A stretch of DNA of 64,000 bases from Octopus sinensis. Its lineage: Eukaryota. The translations under genes and the position numbers were made by a program. Numbering within the stretch: position 1 is the stretch's first letter; each line of letters starts with the position of its first letter. Below the pieces are notes generated by a model. It had not been told where the DNA came from and did no database searches. It saw nothing but the letters and a program-made list of their open reading frames with translations. Positions 1-64,000 of the stretch are shown here, in pieces. Where the stretch lies: contig NC_043021.1 of NCBI RefSeq assembly GCF_006345805.1, forward strand, positions 19,530,001 through 19,594,000, read 5' to 3'.

Positions 1-212
1 TACATGGCTTTGGTCAGCCTGAGGTTATAGTAGAAGACATTTACCTAAGGTGCTACGCAGTGGGACTGAACCCAGAACCATGTGGTTGGAAAGTAAGCTT
101 CTTACCACTCAGCCACGCTTGTGCCTTTTTTTTTTTTTTTTTCATGAATTTAATTTTTGCACTAACTTAATATTTGTTTTTTTTTTTATATTTTCTTTTT
201 CTTCGTCTGCAG

Positions 213-62918
<62,706 letters not shown>

Positions 62919-63615
62919 GTAAGTGACTTTGTACTCTGCAGCCTGAACCTAATCCTAATCCTACCCTAATTCTAATCTTAATCCTATGCATGGTCATATA
63001 GTTACGAAGTTAAATTGATTAACAAAGTCATTGATGACATTCCTTATTCTCTTTATATTATAATTAATTAATTTTAACCCTTTAACTGAAAAATTAAATT
63101 TAATGGCATGGTTGTATACTGTCAACTTAACGTGACAGTCCTGTAAGGGAATTACACCACCACTGTTTAGCCCTAGGAAGCATCGACGCTTCCTGTCGGC
63201 TTCGACACATTTCCTGTGTCCTTATATATTTACGATGGGGAGACAAATACCCCCAACAGCTAGGCCTGCATCTAGAGACACGCATGTTTCTGGGTCTTTG
63301 CCCATCATCGGTCTAGAGTAGCAGAGGCCTGCTAGCTGAAGATACTTGTCTAGACTTCGCAAATATATATATATATTTTCAGTGAAGTTTATTCACTGAT
63401 CACCAAAATCAGAAATATTAAATTTCTAAATATCTCATAGAGATATGTACGGTGGTGGAGCGATAGAGTGTTTGTATACAATGGTTATTCCATTAATGAT
63501 GTTAAATATCTACCAAAAATGGAATTGGTATTTTCTGAAAATCCCATTGCCTCAATAAACTTGACATGTCTCAACAGAAAAATAGTTTCAAATAAGTTTC
63601 AAAATAGTTTCATAT

Positions 63616-64000
63616 AAGGTGGCTAGCTGGCAGAACCCTTAGCAAGCTGGGCAAAATGCTAAGCGGTATTTCGTCTGCCATTACGTTCTGAGTTCAAATT
63701 CCGCCAAGGTCAACTTTGCCTTTCATCCTTTCGGGGTCGATAAATTAAGTACCAGTTACGCACTGGGGTCGGTGTAATCGACTTAATCCATTTGTCTGTC
63801 CTTGTTTGTCCTCTCTGTGTTTAGCTCCTTGTGAGTAGTAAAGAAATAGGTATTTCGTCTGCCGTTACATTCTGAGTTCAAATTCCGCCGAGGTCGACTT
63901 TGCCTTTGATCCTTTCGGGGTCGATAAATTAAGTACCAGTTACGCACTGGGGTCGATGTAATCAACTTAATCCGTGTGTCTGTCCTTGTTTGTCCCCTCC
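63616..64000 (+). mobile_element. Dimeric SINE family B (runs off window)
   Basis: Second unit starts at AAATAG|GTATTTCG (63850), the same junction as at 31012. Confidence 0.85.

Overview
AT-rich, repeat-dense animal genomic DNA. The SINE repertoire looks like an octopus genome, which is my inference. The whole window lies inside one + strand gene, an axonemal inner-arm dynein heavy chain most like DNAH2, truncated at both ends. I assembled 27 GT-AG exons (213..62918; 4534 coding nt, about 1511 codons). All splice phases are compatible and there are no internal stops. They run from the end of AAA1 through AAA2-AAA4 (P-loops [24 protein letters not shown]), the stalk and microtubule-binding domain, into AAA5. 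The introns are filled with several tRNA-headed SINE families, piggyBac-, hAT- and mariner-type MITEs, non-autonomous Helitrons, RTE and CR1 LINE remnants, a probable solo LTR, Penelope-like remnants, minisatellites and microsatellites. There are no operons, CRISPR arrays or true rRNA/tRNA genes. Main second-look items: (1) a Penelope-like element whose terminal repeat joins a tRNA-like Pol III A/B-box cassette to a minimal hammerhead ribozyme (46002..46553, 60776..61186); (2) a second, CpG-decayed hammerhead-like tandem family in intron 9; (3) a ~1.25 kb near-perfect palindrome in intron 13; (4) a three-level higher-order minisatellite inside a SINE; (5) a 44-bp satellite grown from a fold-back element; (6) a composite MITE dimer present at two loci; (7) an (AAT)n-flanked element. 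All homology statements come from recalled motifs, not database searches. Repeat boundaries without a target-site duplication (TSD) are approximate.
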